Shown here piece after piece: positions 10,306 through 20,183 of a DNA stretch of 49,751 nt. This DNA is from Pseudonocardia sp. Lineage in GTDB: Bacteria; Actinomycetota; Actinomycetes; Mycobacteriales; Pseudonocardiaceae. The number at the start of each line of letters is the position of its first letter. The first letter of the stretch is position 1. Where the stretch lies: contig JAODNO010000626.1 of assembly GCA_025465235.1 (NCBI GenBank), positions 1-49,751 of the forward strand, in the 5' to 3' direction. The position numbers and the translations under genes are program-made. A model generated the notes under the pieces. That model saw only the letters and a list, made by a program, of their open reading frames with translations. It was not told the DNA's origin and did not search any database.

Positions 10306-10306
10306 G

Positions 10307-10350
10307 CTACCATCCTCACGCCATCCAGCGGGATGGTCAAGGGATGGTAG
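10307..10350. promoter_or_regulatory. Four-box symmetric operator and promoter of the copG-esterase operon
   Basis: CTACCATCC-N5-CCATCC-N4-GGATGG-N5-GGATGGTAG; contains minus-strand TTGACC-N17-GAGGAT ending 6 nt before GTG 10305. Confidence 0.7.
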
Positions 10351-11374
10351 TACTGGGCGCGGGCCCCGACGACTCACGGACCCGCAGGTCTGCTGGCAGG
10401 ACGAGGCCCGGTCGTGCGCTCCGCGCCCCCAGTAGCAGGTCGATCACGGCCCGGCCGGCCTGCTCCACCGGGCTGGTGACGGTGGTCAGGGGCGGGTGGC
10501 AGAAGTCAGAGCCGAAGATGTCGTCGTAGCCGGCCACGCTCACCTCGCCGGGAACGTCCACGCCTCGCCGTTCCAGTCGCCGCAGCACGCCGATCGCGAG
10601 GAGGTCGTTGAACGCGACCAGCGCGGTCGCGCCGCTGGAGAGACCGACATCAGCGGCGACCGACCCATGGTCGACGGTGGGGGAGAACGGGCCGAGGCGG
10701 GCGATCTCGATCCCGGCGTCCTCCGCGTGCGACGACAGTGCGCGCCACCGCACGCCGTCCGCCCAGGCGTCCGACGGCCCGGCGAGGTAGGCGATCGAGC
10801 GGTGGCCGAGGGCGGCCAGGTGCTCCACGATCTGCCTGCTGCCTCCGACCGAGTCGGTGACGACGCTGGGGAAGCCGTCCACCTCCCGGTTGAACAGCAC
10901 GACCGATCGCCTGCCCTGCAGTTGCAGCAGGTCCGCGTCCGGGAGCCGGCTGGAGGCGAGCACGAAACCGTCCACCACGGAGCTGAGCCGGCACACGTGG
11001 TCGGACTCGAGCTCCGGGCTCCCCTGGGTGTCGCCGAGCACGAGGAGGAACCCGGCCGCACTGGCCTGTGCTTCGGCGCCGCGGACGAGCCCGAAGTTGT
11101 GCGGGTTGGTGATGTCGCTGACCAGCAGTGCCAGCATCTGCGTGCGGCCGCGGGGCAGGGCCTGCGCGATGCGGTTGGGCCGGTAGTCCATGCGCCGTGC
11201 GACGGCCTGCACGCGCTCCCGGGTGCGCGCGCCGACCCGCTCCGGGTTGGACAGGGCGCGCGACACCGTCGACACGGCGACGCCGGCCTCCCTGGCCACG
11301 TCATGGAGGGTGACGGCGCGAGCGGGCCCTCCGGCGGGGACCGTTTCGTCCGCGGTGAGGCCCTTGTGACCCAT
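10337..11374 (-). CDS. LacI-family transcriptional regulator
   Basis: VTLHDVAREAGVAVSTVSRALS, YRPNRIA, FNDLLAIG, VSVAGYDD, PPLTTV. Confidence 0.95.
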   Translation of the reverse strand: MGHKGLTADETVPAGGPARAVTLHDVAREAGVAVSTVSRALSNPERVGARTRERVQAVARRMDYRPNRIAQALPRGRTQMLALLVSDITNPHNFGLVRGAEAQASAAGFLLVLGDTQGSPELESDHVCRLSSVVDGFVLASSRLPDADLLQLQGRRSVVLFNREVDGFPSVVTDSVGGSRQIVEHLAALGHRSIAYLAGPSDAWADGVRWRALSSHAEDAGIEIARLGPFSPTVDHGSVAADVGLSSGATALVAFNDLLAIGVLRRLERRGVDVPGEVSVAGYDDIFGSDFCHPPLTTVTSPVEQAGRAVIDLLLGARSARPGLVLPADLRVRESSGPAPSTTIP

Positions 11375-11405
11375 ACCCCAGTACTACCGCACTCTGGCAA
11401 CTGAC

Positions 11406-11419
11406 GGCAAACGTTTGCC
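11406..11419. promoter_or_regulatory. LacI-type operator
   Basis: Perfect 14-bp palindrome GGCAAACGTTTGCC with central CG between divergent lacI and MFS genes. Confidence 0.75.
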
Positions 11420-11452
11420 ATACTGCGGGTCGCTCATGGTGGAGGGGGACAG

Positions 11453-12751
11453 GTGACAGCGACCGGCCGTGGACCGGCGGTACGACCCGAACTCGCGTGG
11501 GCGGTATGGGTGGTCGGCGTACTCGCCTACGTGCTGGCCGTCATGCAGCGGACGACGTTCGGCGTGGCAGGCCTCGACGCGGCGGAACGTTTCTCCGTCA
11601 GTCCGGGAGTGCTGTCCGCCTTCGTGTTCGTCCAGATCGCCGTGTACATCGCGACGCAGATCCCGGCGGGCCTCGCCGTGGACCGTTGGGGCTCGCGAGC
11701 GATGCTCGTGGTGAGCGGCACCCTCCTGGCCGCGGGCCAGCTCCTGCTGGCGGTGGCGACGGCGCTCCCGCTGGCCGTGCTCGCCCGCGTTCTCATCGGG
11801 GCAGGCGACGCCGTCGTGTTCGCCGCGGTGCTGGCTCTCGTCCCGCGCTGGTTCCCCGCCCGCCGGGTTCCGCTGATCACCCAGCTGACGACGATCCTGT
11901 GCCAGCTCGGACAGGTCCTGTCGGCGGTACCGTTCGCAGCGCTCCTGCACGGTGCCGGCTGGTTCACGGCGTTCGGGGTCGCCGCCGTGGCCAGTGCGCT
12001 CGTCGCGGTGCTGGCGCTGGCGGTCGTGCGTAACGCGCCGCCCGGGGGCTGGTCCCCCGCCCCGTCCGTGTCGGCCCGGGAGATCGGCCGCCAGCTACTG
12101 GCCGTGTGGCACCGCCCGGGGACGCGCCTCGGCTTCTTCTCCCATCTGGGCACCCAGTTCCCGATGATGGTGTTCACGCTGCTCTGGGGCGTGCCGTACC
12201 TCGTTTCGGCTCAGGGCCTGTCGCCGTCGACCGCCGGGGCGCTGGTGGCGCTCTTCGTGGTCGCCACGATCTGTATCGGCCCCGCCGTCGGTCTTCTCAC
12301 CGTGCGACATCCGTTGCGGCGCTCCTGGCTGGTCCTCACGATCATCGCCGCGGAGGCGATCGCCTGGACCGCGGTGCTGGCGCTCCCCGGACCGGCTCCG
12401 CTGTGGCTGCTCGTCGTGCTGGTCGTGGTGCTGTCCGCGGCCGGCCCCGGTTCGGTCGTCGGCATCGACATCGCGCGCACGTCCAACCCGAATGCGAACC
12501 TCGGGGTCGCGCAGAGCATGGTCAACCTCGGCGGCTTCCTCGCGACGTTGGTGGTGCTCGCTGCGATGGGCACGGTGATGACGGCGCTGGGCGGCTTCAC
12601 GCCGGAGGCGTTCCGGGTGGCCTGGCTGGTCCAGTACCCCATCTGGGCGCTCGCGGTGGTCGGCATCGTCGTCACGCGGCGCAAGGCCCGCAGGCTCGAC
12701 GCGGCCCGAGGCGTGGTGCCGCGCCCGATCCGTGAGGTGCTGGCACGTTAG
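11453..12751 (+). CDS. MFS transporter
   Basis: About 12 hydrophobic segments; motif A GLAVDRWGSR. Confidence 0.92.
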   Translation: MTATGRGPAVRPELAWAVWVVGVLAYVLAVMQRTTFGVAGLDAAERFSVSPGVLSAFVFVQIAVYIATQIPAGLAVDRWGSRAMLVVSGTLLAAGQLLLAVATALPLAVLARVLIGAGDAVVFAAVLALVPRWFPARRVPLITQLTTILCQLGQVLSAVPFAALLHGAGWFTAFGVAAVASALVAVLALAVVRNAPPGGWSPAPSVSAREIGRQLLAVWHRPGTRLGFFSHLGTQFPMMVFTLLWGVPYLVSAQGLSPSTAGALVALFVVATICIGPAVGLLTVRHPLRRSWLVLTIIAAEAIAWTAVLALPGPAPLWLLVVLVVVLSAAGPGSVVGIDIARTSNPNANLGVAQSMVNLGGFLATLVVLAAMGTVMTALGGFTPEAFRVAWLVQYPIWALAVVGIVVTRRKARRLDAARGVVPRPIREVLAR

Positions 12752-13108
12752 GTCCCGGCCGCCCTGCCGGACCTCGTCCTCGGCCGCGACCGCGACCGAC
12801 CTGGTCAGTATGTCAACCGCAGCGGGAGCCTCGTCGCTGTCCACCGCACCGCAGTATCGACCGGCCGACCGCGTCGAGCAGCTACTTCCGTCGTGTGGGA
12901 GCCCGACCCGGAGGCCGTGCTCGGGGTGATGTTCGTCGGGCTCATCGCGTACGGCCGGTCGGCTACGGGGTTCCGCCCAGCCGGTGACCGGCCCACTATG
13001 GGAGGGTCACATCGTCGTGGTGCCCGCAACGCCGGCCGCGGCCCCGATGCTCGCGCCGGCCCCGTCGCTGCCGGGATCCGGCAGCCCGCCGCCGAGGGAA
13101 GCCACTTC

Positions 13109-13771
13109 ATGGCCCGTCCCACAGCCCTGTCGTCCGCCCCGGGTCCGGTGCACTCCGCACAGCCCACGCTGCCCGCCTACGCCCGGGACGCCGCCACCTA
13201 CGACACCCGTACCGGACCCTTCGACCGCTATCGCCGGCAGATCGTCGACCTGTTGCCCCTGGAGCGCGACGATGTCGTGCTCGACATCGGCTGCGGCACC
13301 GGCCTGTGCTTCGCGCAGGTGCAGGAGTACATCGGGCCGGGCGGCACGATCGTCGGCGTCGACGCGTCGGCAGACATGCTCACGATCGCGGCCGAGCGGG
13401 TGACCGCGCAGCGGTGGGCGAACGTGGTGCTGGTCGAGTCCGCGGCGGAGCACGCCGATCTGCCCGATGGTGCCGACCACGCCCTGTTCTGTGCGGTGCA
13501 CGATGTCCTCCAGTCCGGACCTGCGCTGGACCACGTGCTTGCGCACGTGCGCGAGCACGGCGCGGTGGCCGCAGGCGGTGGGAAGTGGGCACCCGCGTGG
13601 GCGATGGCCATCAACGCGGCTGTGCTCGCCCTGCACACGCCCTACGTCCGCGACTTCTCCGGGTTCGAGCGGCCCTGGACCGGCCTGGCCGAGCGGCTCG
13701 GCGGCATGAAGGTGCAGGACGTCGCCATGGGCGGTGGCTACGTTGCCTACGGCGAGGTCGCGCGCGGGTAG
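13109..13771 (+). CDS. Class I SAM-dependent methyltransferase (start uncertain)
   Basis: VVLDIGCGTG, IVGVDASADML; ORF open from 12893, ATG 13109 preferred. Confidence 0.85.
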   Translation: MARPTALSSAPGPVHSAQPTLPAYARDAATYDTRTGPFDRYRRQIVDLLPLERDDVVLDIGCGTGLCFAQVQEYIGPGGTIVGVDASADMLTIAAERVTAQRWANVVLVESAAEHADLPDGADHALFCAVHDVLQSGPALDHVLAHVREHGAVAAGGGKWAPAWAMAINAAVLALHTPYVRDFSGFERPWTGLAERLGGMKVQDVAMGGGYVAYGEVARG

Positions 13772-14077
13772 GTGATTCCGCCGCGCGGGAATGCCGTCCA
13801 GCTGGTCGTGCGGCGGCTGCCAGGCCGGGTCGACCGGCATGCGGGCCGGTGCGGTAGCGGGTGCACCAGCTTGGCGCGGAACACCTCGACCGCGTAACCC
13901 GGCCCGGCGGTTCCACCGGTCCTCGCGGCGGTGTTCCTGCCGGACGTTTCCCGGCTGATCCCACTGGCTATCCATACTGCACGGACGCACCATTCGTGAT
14001 GCATTCGAGGGCCCTCCCGCACGCGGGGGAGCGTCCACCCACCCGGCAACGACGACGGATCTCCGCGAGGAGGGGCA

Positions 14078-14245
14078 ATGGCGACCGGGCTCTGCGAGGG
14101 CGGCACCGCGCGGAACGAGGGGCTGCTGGAGGTGGGCCGCGAGGGGACCCCGATGGTGCCGTATCGGGCGGTGCTGCTGCTCCGGTCGTTCGTCTGTGGG
14201 GACCACACCCTCACCGGCCCCGTGATCGCCTGCGACGTCCCCTGA
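14078..14245 (+). pseudogene. Possible IclR N-terminal remnant (55 aa)
   Basis: GAGGAGG RBS; RAVLLLRSFVCGDHTLT resembles an IclR helix-1 segment. Confidence 0.3.
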
Positions 14246-14277
14246 GCCTGACATAGCTCCAGACGAGAGGAGGCCGC

Positions 14278-15123
14278 GTGGCGGGTGGATCGAAGGACCC
14301 CGGCAGGTCGGTGATCAGCAAGATCAGCGCCATTCTGCTCGCCGTTTCGGAGGGCAGCGCTCCCACGCTCACGGAGATCGCCGCCCGGTCTGACCTACCG
14401 CTGTCGACGGTGCACCGGTTGGTCACCGAGCTCGCCGCATGGCGGGTGCTGGAGCGTGACGGGGAGGGGCGATACCGGGCCGGACCCCCGCTGCGGACGA
14501 TCGGTGCCGGCAGTGCCTGCTCGGGCCACGAGCTCGACGACGGTGCGGCCACACCGGCCGCGCGCATCAGGGACCGCTCCGTGCCCGTGATCGAGGATCT
14601 CTTCCGGGCAACCGGCGCACCGGTGCGGGTGGGGTTCCTCGACGGGGCGGCGGTGGCCTACGTCGAGAAGGCGGCAGGGCACCTCCCGGTCTCGTCACCC
14701 TCTCCCGCCGCGCGCCTCCCGGCGCACGCAACTGCGCTCGGCAAGGTGCTGCTGGCGTTCTCCTCGCCGCGGACGGTCGACGCGCTCCTCTCCCGGGAGC
14801 TCGTCCGATACACGACCTCCACGGTGACGCGAGCAGAGCGGCTGCGATGGAGCTTCCGGACGATCCGCGCCGCGCGGATCGCGGTGTGCGACCGCGAGCT
14901 CGACCAGGACTGGTGCGGCGTCGCCGCCCCGGCGTTCGGGGCGGGCGGAGACGTCGTGGTCGCCATTGAGCTGCGGGTGCAGGATCTCGCCAGGGATGTA
15001 CCCGCGCTGCGGGCCCCGCTCGTCGTGGCGGCGGGGTGGCTGTCGCGCGAGCTGGCTCAGCTCGTCCGGCCGTACGCGAGGGTCGGCCCCGTCCCCGCGC
15101 CCGTCCAACGCGGGTCGGCCTGA
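14278..15123 (+). CDS. IclR-family transcriptional regulator
   Basis: TLTEIAARSDLPLSTVHRLVTEL, RLPAHATALGKVLLAF, CGVAAP. Confidence 0.92.
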   Translation: MAGGSKDPGRSVISKISAILLAVSEGSAPTLTEIAARSDLPLSTVHRLVTELAAWRVLERDGEGRYRAGPPLRTIGAGSACSGHELDDGAATPAARIRDRSVPVIEDLFRATGAPVRVGFLDGAAVAYVEKAAGHLPVSSPSPAARLPAHATALGKVLLAFSSPRTVDALLSRELVRYTTSTVTRAERLRWSFRTIRAARIAVCDRELDQDWCGVAAPAFGAGGDVVVAIELRVQDLARDVPALRAPLVVAAGWLSRELAQLVRPYARVGPVPAPVQRGSA

Positions 15124-15457
15124 TCGGCGGGACTCCCACTGAGCAGGAAACCTGCCGCGGTGCCCCGTGTGGCCTGGAGGCCGGTGCTTGACTCGGCCCC
15201 GGTCAGCCGGAACCGACGACGAGGCGGAGCGATGGGCGAACGGATCATCCAGGAGACCCCGAGCGGGACAGGGAGCCGGTCGTTCTGCGCGGTCTCGAAG
15301 GGCTGGAGCAGTGGATCCACACCGACCCCGAGCGGGCGCGCAAGCGGCCCTTCGGCGCCACGGTCCAGCACGGATTCCTGACCCTCGGGTATGGCCACCG
15401 GCCTGCTGTGGCTCCGTTACTACGCCTGAGGGAAGCCCGGAGTAGAGGGAGCGAGGA

Positions 15458-15670
15458 ATGACGACGGCCGAGAAGCCGGAGATCGGCCAGAGCGCGGAGG
15501 CGGGCGGGATACGCACGAACCGGCTGGTCCTCCCGGGGCTGGCCGAGGACTTCCACGTCGTAGCGCCGGACCTGGTGGCGTTCGGGTACTCCGACCGCTT
15601 GGACGGCACCCAGTACGACCTCGAGAGAGCGAGCCGAGCAGGCCGCGAACGGCGGCAGGGCCGCCCGTGA
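15458..15670 (+). pseudogene. Meta-cleavage-product (alpha/beta) hydrolase remnant
   Basis: PEIGQSAEAGGIRTN joined directly to RLVLPGLAEDFHVVAPDLVAFGYSD; the HGSGPG segment and catalytic domain are absent. Confidence 0.7.
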
Positions 15671-15696
15671 TCGACGTCCACGACGAGAGGAACCCC

Positions 15697-16263
15697 ATGC
15701 CGCACTTCCTGGTCTCCGGAATCGCCGATCTCGTTGCGCAGGTCGCCACCGTGCTGCGCGAGAACGGCAGCACGGTGGTCGAGGTGGACGACATCGACGA
15801 CGTGCCGCGGGCCTGTGCCGATGCGGGTGATCGTGCGTTCGACGGGTACGTGCAACTACCCGCGACGTTCACGGTGCAGGGGGACACGGCCGTCGAGCGG
15901 GTGCAACATTTCTTCGCCGACGGCGTGCTGGCCCGGTTCCCCGCCGTCTCCGCGGCGTTGCCCGCACTCATCCCGGAGGCCCGGATCACGTTCGTCATGG
16001 GCGTGCTGCCGCCGGAGGTCTCGACGGATGACGACGTGTCGGCGCGGGCCGCGCTCGTCCGCGTCCTGGGCCACGCCGCTCGGGCCGACGGGCCTGCGGG
16101 CCTGCGGGTCTCCGTCGTGGGATCCGGCTCGACCCCGAAGGACATCGGGCTCACCGCGATGGGCCGCAACCCGGAGTGGGAGTCGCTCGCGGCCGGGGGC
16201 TCGGGCGGGTCCTACGCCGACTGGCGGGTGGAGCTGCTCGGGCTGATGTCGGCCGAGACCTGA
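15697..16263 (+). CDS. Hypothetical protein (degenerate Rossmann-like pattern)
   Basis: RBS GAGAGGA, GC3-rich codons, globular composition; no catalytic motif recognised. Confidence 0.7.
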   Translation: MPHFLVSGIADLVAQVATVLRENGSTVVEVDDIDDVPRACADAGDRAFDGYVQLPATFTVQGDTAVERVQHFFADGVLARFPAVSAALPALIPEARITFVMGVLPPEVSTDDDVSARAALVRVLGHAARADGPAGLRVSVVGSGSTPKDIGLTAMGRNPEWESLAAGGSGGSYADWRVELLGLMSAET

Positions 16264-16297
16264 GGCAACGAGCCCGGGGAAGGACGAGGAGGCAGCG

Positions 16298-16699
16298 ATG
16301 GCAGAGGACGACGAGCCGCGCTGGCCGGCCGACCCGGCGGCGCTGTTCGCCCAGCAGCTGAGGGATGCGGCTGACCGGCTTATGACGGGGTGGCCGGTGC
16401 TGCCGGGGGCGGCCGGGACCGCCCGTCAGGCCGACGATCCGGAGGGCGCGCGGCCGGGGCTCGCGCTCCCGCCGGCGACGCTGACTGCCCGCCATCTGCA
16501 GGCCGTCGTCGACGACATCGAGAGTCGGCGCGCGCAGGTGCAGGCGTTGCGGACCAGCCTCGGAACCTTCGACGAGCAGCTCGGCGCCTTGGAGGCGACC
16601 CTGCGACCGCTCCTGGAGTGGACTGGGGCATGGGCCGATCTGGAGGGCGACGCGTCAGGGTTGTGGCGGCTGCCCGGGAAGCGGAGCCGGCCGGACTGA
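16298..16699 (+). CDS. Hypothetical coiled-coil protein
   Basis: GAGGAGG RBS; heptad segment LQAVVDDIESRRAQVQALRTSLGTFDEQLGALEATL. Confidence 0.7.
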   Translation: MAEDDEPRWPADPAALFAQQLRDAADRLMTGWPVLPGAAGTARQADDPEGARPGLALPPATLTARHLQAVVDDIESRRAQVQALRTSLGTFDEQLGALEATLRPLLEWTGAWADLEGDASGLWRLPGKRSRPD

Positions 16700-16809
16700 G
16701 GCGGCCTGACATCGCTCTCGGCGTAGAACGTTCGCCGAGCGGAGTCAAATCTGGGGACAATAGTGTCAGCCGTTCCGGCTCCGGCCGGTCCACGTTGTTT
16801 CGATTCACC

Positions 16810-17830
16810 TCAAGCGCAAATTGTGATGGGTGGTGGGGGTTTTCGGCGGGCGGCTTGGGTCTGGTCGATCCATTTCGGTGGAATGAACTCCGGCAACCCG
16901 TTGCGGATCCGGACCAGCCACCCGAAGTCACGATGGAGCAGGCGGTGGTGGAACCGGCACGACATCACACAGTTGTGCTGGCGGACTCCCCACCGTCTTC
17001 CCACGAAATGATGTGGTGCAGCTCGCACCAGGACGTCGGCCGGCCACAGCCCGGCCGCGCGCAGTCGCGGTCGCGCGCTGCCACCGCTCGGCTCACCCGT
17101 CGGGGACCGTCCGCCGCGCCCGGCCCACATCCAGCGGCTGCCCGGGCGCCGTTCATCACGATCGGCAGCACCCGGGCATCGCAGGCCAGCACCCCCGCAG
17201 ATCCGCCGGATGCAACGGCGCCCCGAAATCGCGATGCTGCGCGGGTCCGCCGCCCCAACTCCGCCAACCCGATGATCACGTTCAGGTGCGGGCGCTCCCC
17301 ACCGCACTGGGGCAGGTCCCCGGAGTCCAGCACCCGCTGACAGATCTCGCCCAACGCGTCCCCGCGGCGGTGCCAGGCGGAGCGGTCGTCCTCCGCGCCG
17401 CGGGGCATCGACAACGCATGCAGGGCGGTGCACAACAGTTCCCGGGTCAGCCCGTCGAGCTGGCCGTTCACCTTCCCGGTGCGGGCGGACACGTGCAGGT
17501 CGTTGACCTGCGCTCCCGCTCACCGGACCCGTCCTGATCCAGCGCGTGATCAGATTCAGGGCGAACACCGCCAACTCGGACGGTCGGTAGGAGCGGGCTT
17601 GTTCGGCGAGTCTCTCCTCGGCCGCGGCCCACACCTGCGGTTCCAATAGCACCAGCCCCGCGACCACCTCGACCTGCACCCGTTCCAGCTGCCGGCTGAC
17701 CGACTCGCACACACTCAACGCCGCAATACGCGGATCCTCCGACACTGTCGAATCGGCGGCAGCGCGCAATGACCCGACCCCGTCCTGCAGGGCCCGGCCC
17801 GCCACCGCGACCGCGTTCTCCCGACACCCC
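16810..17830 (-). pseudogene. DUF222-HNH endonuclease (13E12-repeat family) pseudogene
   Basis: LPQCGGERPHLNVII, LACDARVLPIV, ARDRDCARPGC..WCELHHI, CRFHHRLLH, PEFIPPKWID split over several frames. Confidence 0.85.
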
Positions 17831-18309
17831 ACAATCATCCCCACCGCCACCGACAAAACCCAGACCTCTGAGCGTTCACAATTGCAAACAGTTCGGGCGA
17901 GAATTCTTGACGCTGCTTCCCGCGACGGCATACGACGGGCACGCCACCTCCGACTTCATTCACTGTCCAAGAATCAGAACGCTCGGCGAGACCCGCACCG
18001 CCACTCGGCACTCCACGCAGTACACCCGACGCGGCCCCACACTCCGGCGACGGCGGAGGCCCGCATGCACAACGGTCCACCTCGCCGTAGCCACTGTGAC
18101 GCTAGTGTCCTGAGTCGCAAACTCGTTGTCAGTTGTCAGGCTGCTGAGTGGCGACTCGGGGCCCGAGGGCGGCCCAGATCGTGTTGTCCGAGATTAGCGT
18201 GAGCAGTGCAGTCCAGGGCTCGTCGGCGGACCAGCGCGGCCGGGCCGGCGACTCTGAGCAAGATCGTCCTGGCTGTGCTGATCATGCAGAACTGAGCGGT
18301 GCGTCCACG

Positions 18310-18630
18310 TACGAGTTCGGTATGGCGGTCGGCGACGCGATCCGCTCCTACGCCGGTCTCCAGCGGATGGCGATCGTCGGCGCAGGGGCCTGTCACACTG
18401 GATCGGGACACCACTTCGACCGGTGGTTCCTCGAGCGCCTCGAGCGTGGCGAGCTCGACCAGGTCCTCGACATGCCGGACGGCGAGATCGAGCTGGCCGG
18501 CAACGGCACCCACGAGATGCGCAGCCGACTCGCGGTGGCCGGTGGCGCCGAACACAGCCACCACCCTCGCGTACGAGTGCCCGTCTACCCATGGATCACG
18601 GGTATGGGCGTGGCGCAATGGGAAAACACA
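18310..18630 (+). pseudogene. C-terminal remnant of a LigB-type (class III extradiol) dioxygenase
   Basis: FGMAVGDAIRSY..RMAIVGAG, FDRWFLERLERG, AGNGTHEMRS, PWITGMG; N-terminal metal ligands absent. Confidence 0.65.
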
Positions 18631-18656
18631 GGCCACCTGAGGAGAGGAGTCCGGAC

Positions 18657-18929
18657 ATGAGCACACCCGACCCCACGCGCGACATCGAGGCCGCCACACA
18701 GCGCGTCCGCGAGCTCAGTGAGCAGGTCGTCGAGCAGGCCAAGAAGAACGGCCTCGCCTGGATGGAGGGCTACGAGCGGGTGCTCAAGGACCTGCTCGAC
18801 CTGGAGGAGCAGGCGGCCAAGGGCACGGGCGCGGAGTGGGCCGGCACGCTGGCGACCGCCCACGCCAACTTCGTCAGAGATACGTCGGAGGTGCTTTTCA
18901 GCGCCATGCGCGAGCAGCTCAAGACCTGA
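18657..18929 (+). CDS. Small amphipathic helical protein, candidate phasin
   Basis: 90 aa, strong RBS, Ala/Glu-rich all-helical pattern, near phaC; phasin role is inferred. Confidence 0.65.
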   Translation: MSTPDPTRDIEAATQRVRELSEQVVEQAKKNGLAWMEGYERVLKDLLDLEEQAAKGTGAEWAGTLATAHANFVRDTSEVLFSAMREQLKT

Positions 18930-18943
18930 CCGCGAGCCCCGAC

Positions 18944-18985
18944 GCGATCGAGCCCCGCCGTGCCATCACGGCGGGGTTGGATCGC
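18944..18985. terminator. Long GC hairpin between convergent genes
   Basis: GCGATCGAGCCCCGCCGTG-CCAT-CACGGCGGGGTTGGATCGC. Confidence 0.6.
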
Positions 18986-19036
18986 CTCTCTGCCCGCTTC
19001 CGGCGCTCGCGCGCGCCGGGCGACTGCCGTCGTCGC

Positions 19037-19347
19037 GCCGTACTCGAAGAAGCCCCGCCCGATCTTGCGCCCGAGCAGTCCCGCCTCGACCATCCGCAGC
19101 AGCAGGGGTGGAGGTGCGTAGAGCGGCTCCTTGAACTCCGCGTACATGGAGCACGCCACGGCGTGCGTGGTGTCGAGCCCGATGAGGTCGGTCAGGGCGA
19201 GCGGACCCATCGGGTGTGCGCACCCGGCCACCATCGCGGTGTCGACGCCTCCGCGCTGGCGAAGCCCGACTGCATACCGATCACCCGCTGCGGGTGCGCC
19301 CTCACCGCGGCCAGCTTCATGATCGGGATCGACGAGGTGTTGCTCGC
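19037..19347 (-). pseudogene. 3-hydroxybutyryl-CoA dehydrogenase (FadB2/Hbd) remnant
   Basis: ASNTSSIPIMKL..RVIGM fused to SGFASAE, then a frameshift into GCAHPMGPLALTDLIGLDT..GLLGRKIGRGFFEY. Confidence 0.85.
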
Positions 19348-19601
19348 GCGCTCCGTTCGGTCGTGCTCGCGCATCGTTCATGTCGGCTACCCGCTCAGCC
19401 TTGCCGGCGCAGCGGGGCACGCCACGCGGCAGGGCGCCGGTTCCGGGCCGGCGGACAACGGTCGGACGCGGTCGCCCCCGCAGGTCGAGCGGTCGCCGGG
19501 GAGTTGGCCCCCGAGGGGGGAAGCGCGGCCGCCGGTGGCCGACCACCGTGGCAACGCGCCTCGGCCACGGCGCAGGATGACCCGTCCCCAAGGAGGGCCA
19601 G

Positions 19602-20090
19602 ATGCCATCCGGACCGATCCTCATCGGGTTCGACGGTACGTCGGCTGCGGAGCGGGCTGTGCGGGAGGCGGGCAGCCTGTTCGCCCCGCGTCCGGCCATC
19701 GTCCTGGTGGTGCTCGTCCCGGGTGAGGCGTTCGCCGCGGTCGTGGGGCCGTTGGCGGGGGCCGGGATACCCCTCACGGAGGTCGAGATACAGGCCGCCC
19801 TCGAGTACGAGGAGAAGGCGATGACGACAGCTCGCCAGCTCGCGGAGAAGGGGGCGGCGATGGCACGGGAGGTCGGCCTCGAGGCCGAGGGCCGGGTCGT
19901 GGCCGAGGATGCGGGCATCCCGAGGACGCTGGTGCGGGTCGCGGACGAGCGGGACGCGTCCGCGATCGTCCTGGGGTCTCGCCGGCATCGGACGCTGAGC
20001 GAGTTCCTGCTGGGCAGCACGACCCGCGACGTGCTCAAGCGTGCGCGCCGACCCGTGGTCGCGGTGCCCGACGTGTCCGATGACCGGTAG
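19602..20090 (+). CDS. Universal stress protein
   Basis: ILIGFDGT..AERAV, IVLGSRRH..LLGSTTRDVL..RPVVAVP. Confidence 0.9.
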   Translation: MPSGPILIGFDGTSAAERAVREAGSLFAPRPAIVLVVLVPGEAFAAVVGPLAGAGIPLTEVEIQAALEYEEKAMTTARQLAEKGAAMAREVGLEAEGRVVAEDAGIPRTLVRVADERDASAIVLGSRRHRTLSEFLLGSTTRDVLKRARRPVVAVPDVSDDR

Positions 20091-20183
20091 CTGTTCGCCC
20101 CACTGTGCTGCAGCGGCATCAACTCGGTTCCAGCCAGCGGGAGAAGCGCAGCTACGGACCTTTGTAGCGCGAGGATGGGGTGC

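Noticed and set aside
13776-15150. TTCC..GGAA-like IclR operator candidates at about 13776 and 15133
   Set aside because: Too degenerate to distinguish from chance in GC-rich DNA
18102-18150. CTAGTGTCCTGAGTCG as an IS terminus
   Set aside because: Resembles actinobacterial IS ends from memory, but no partner end or transposase was found
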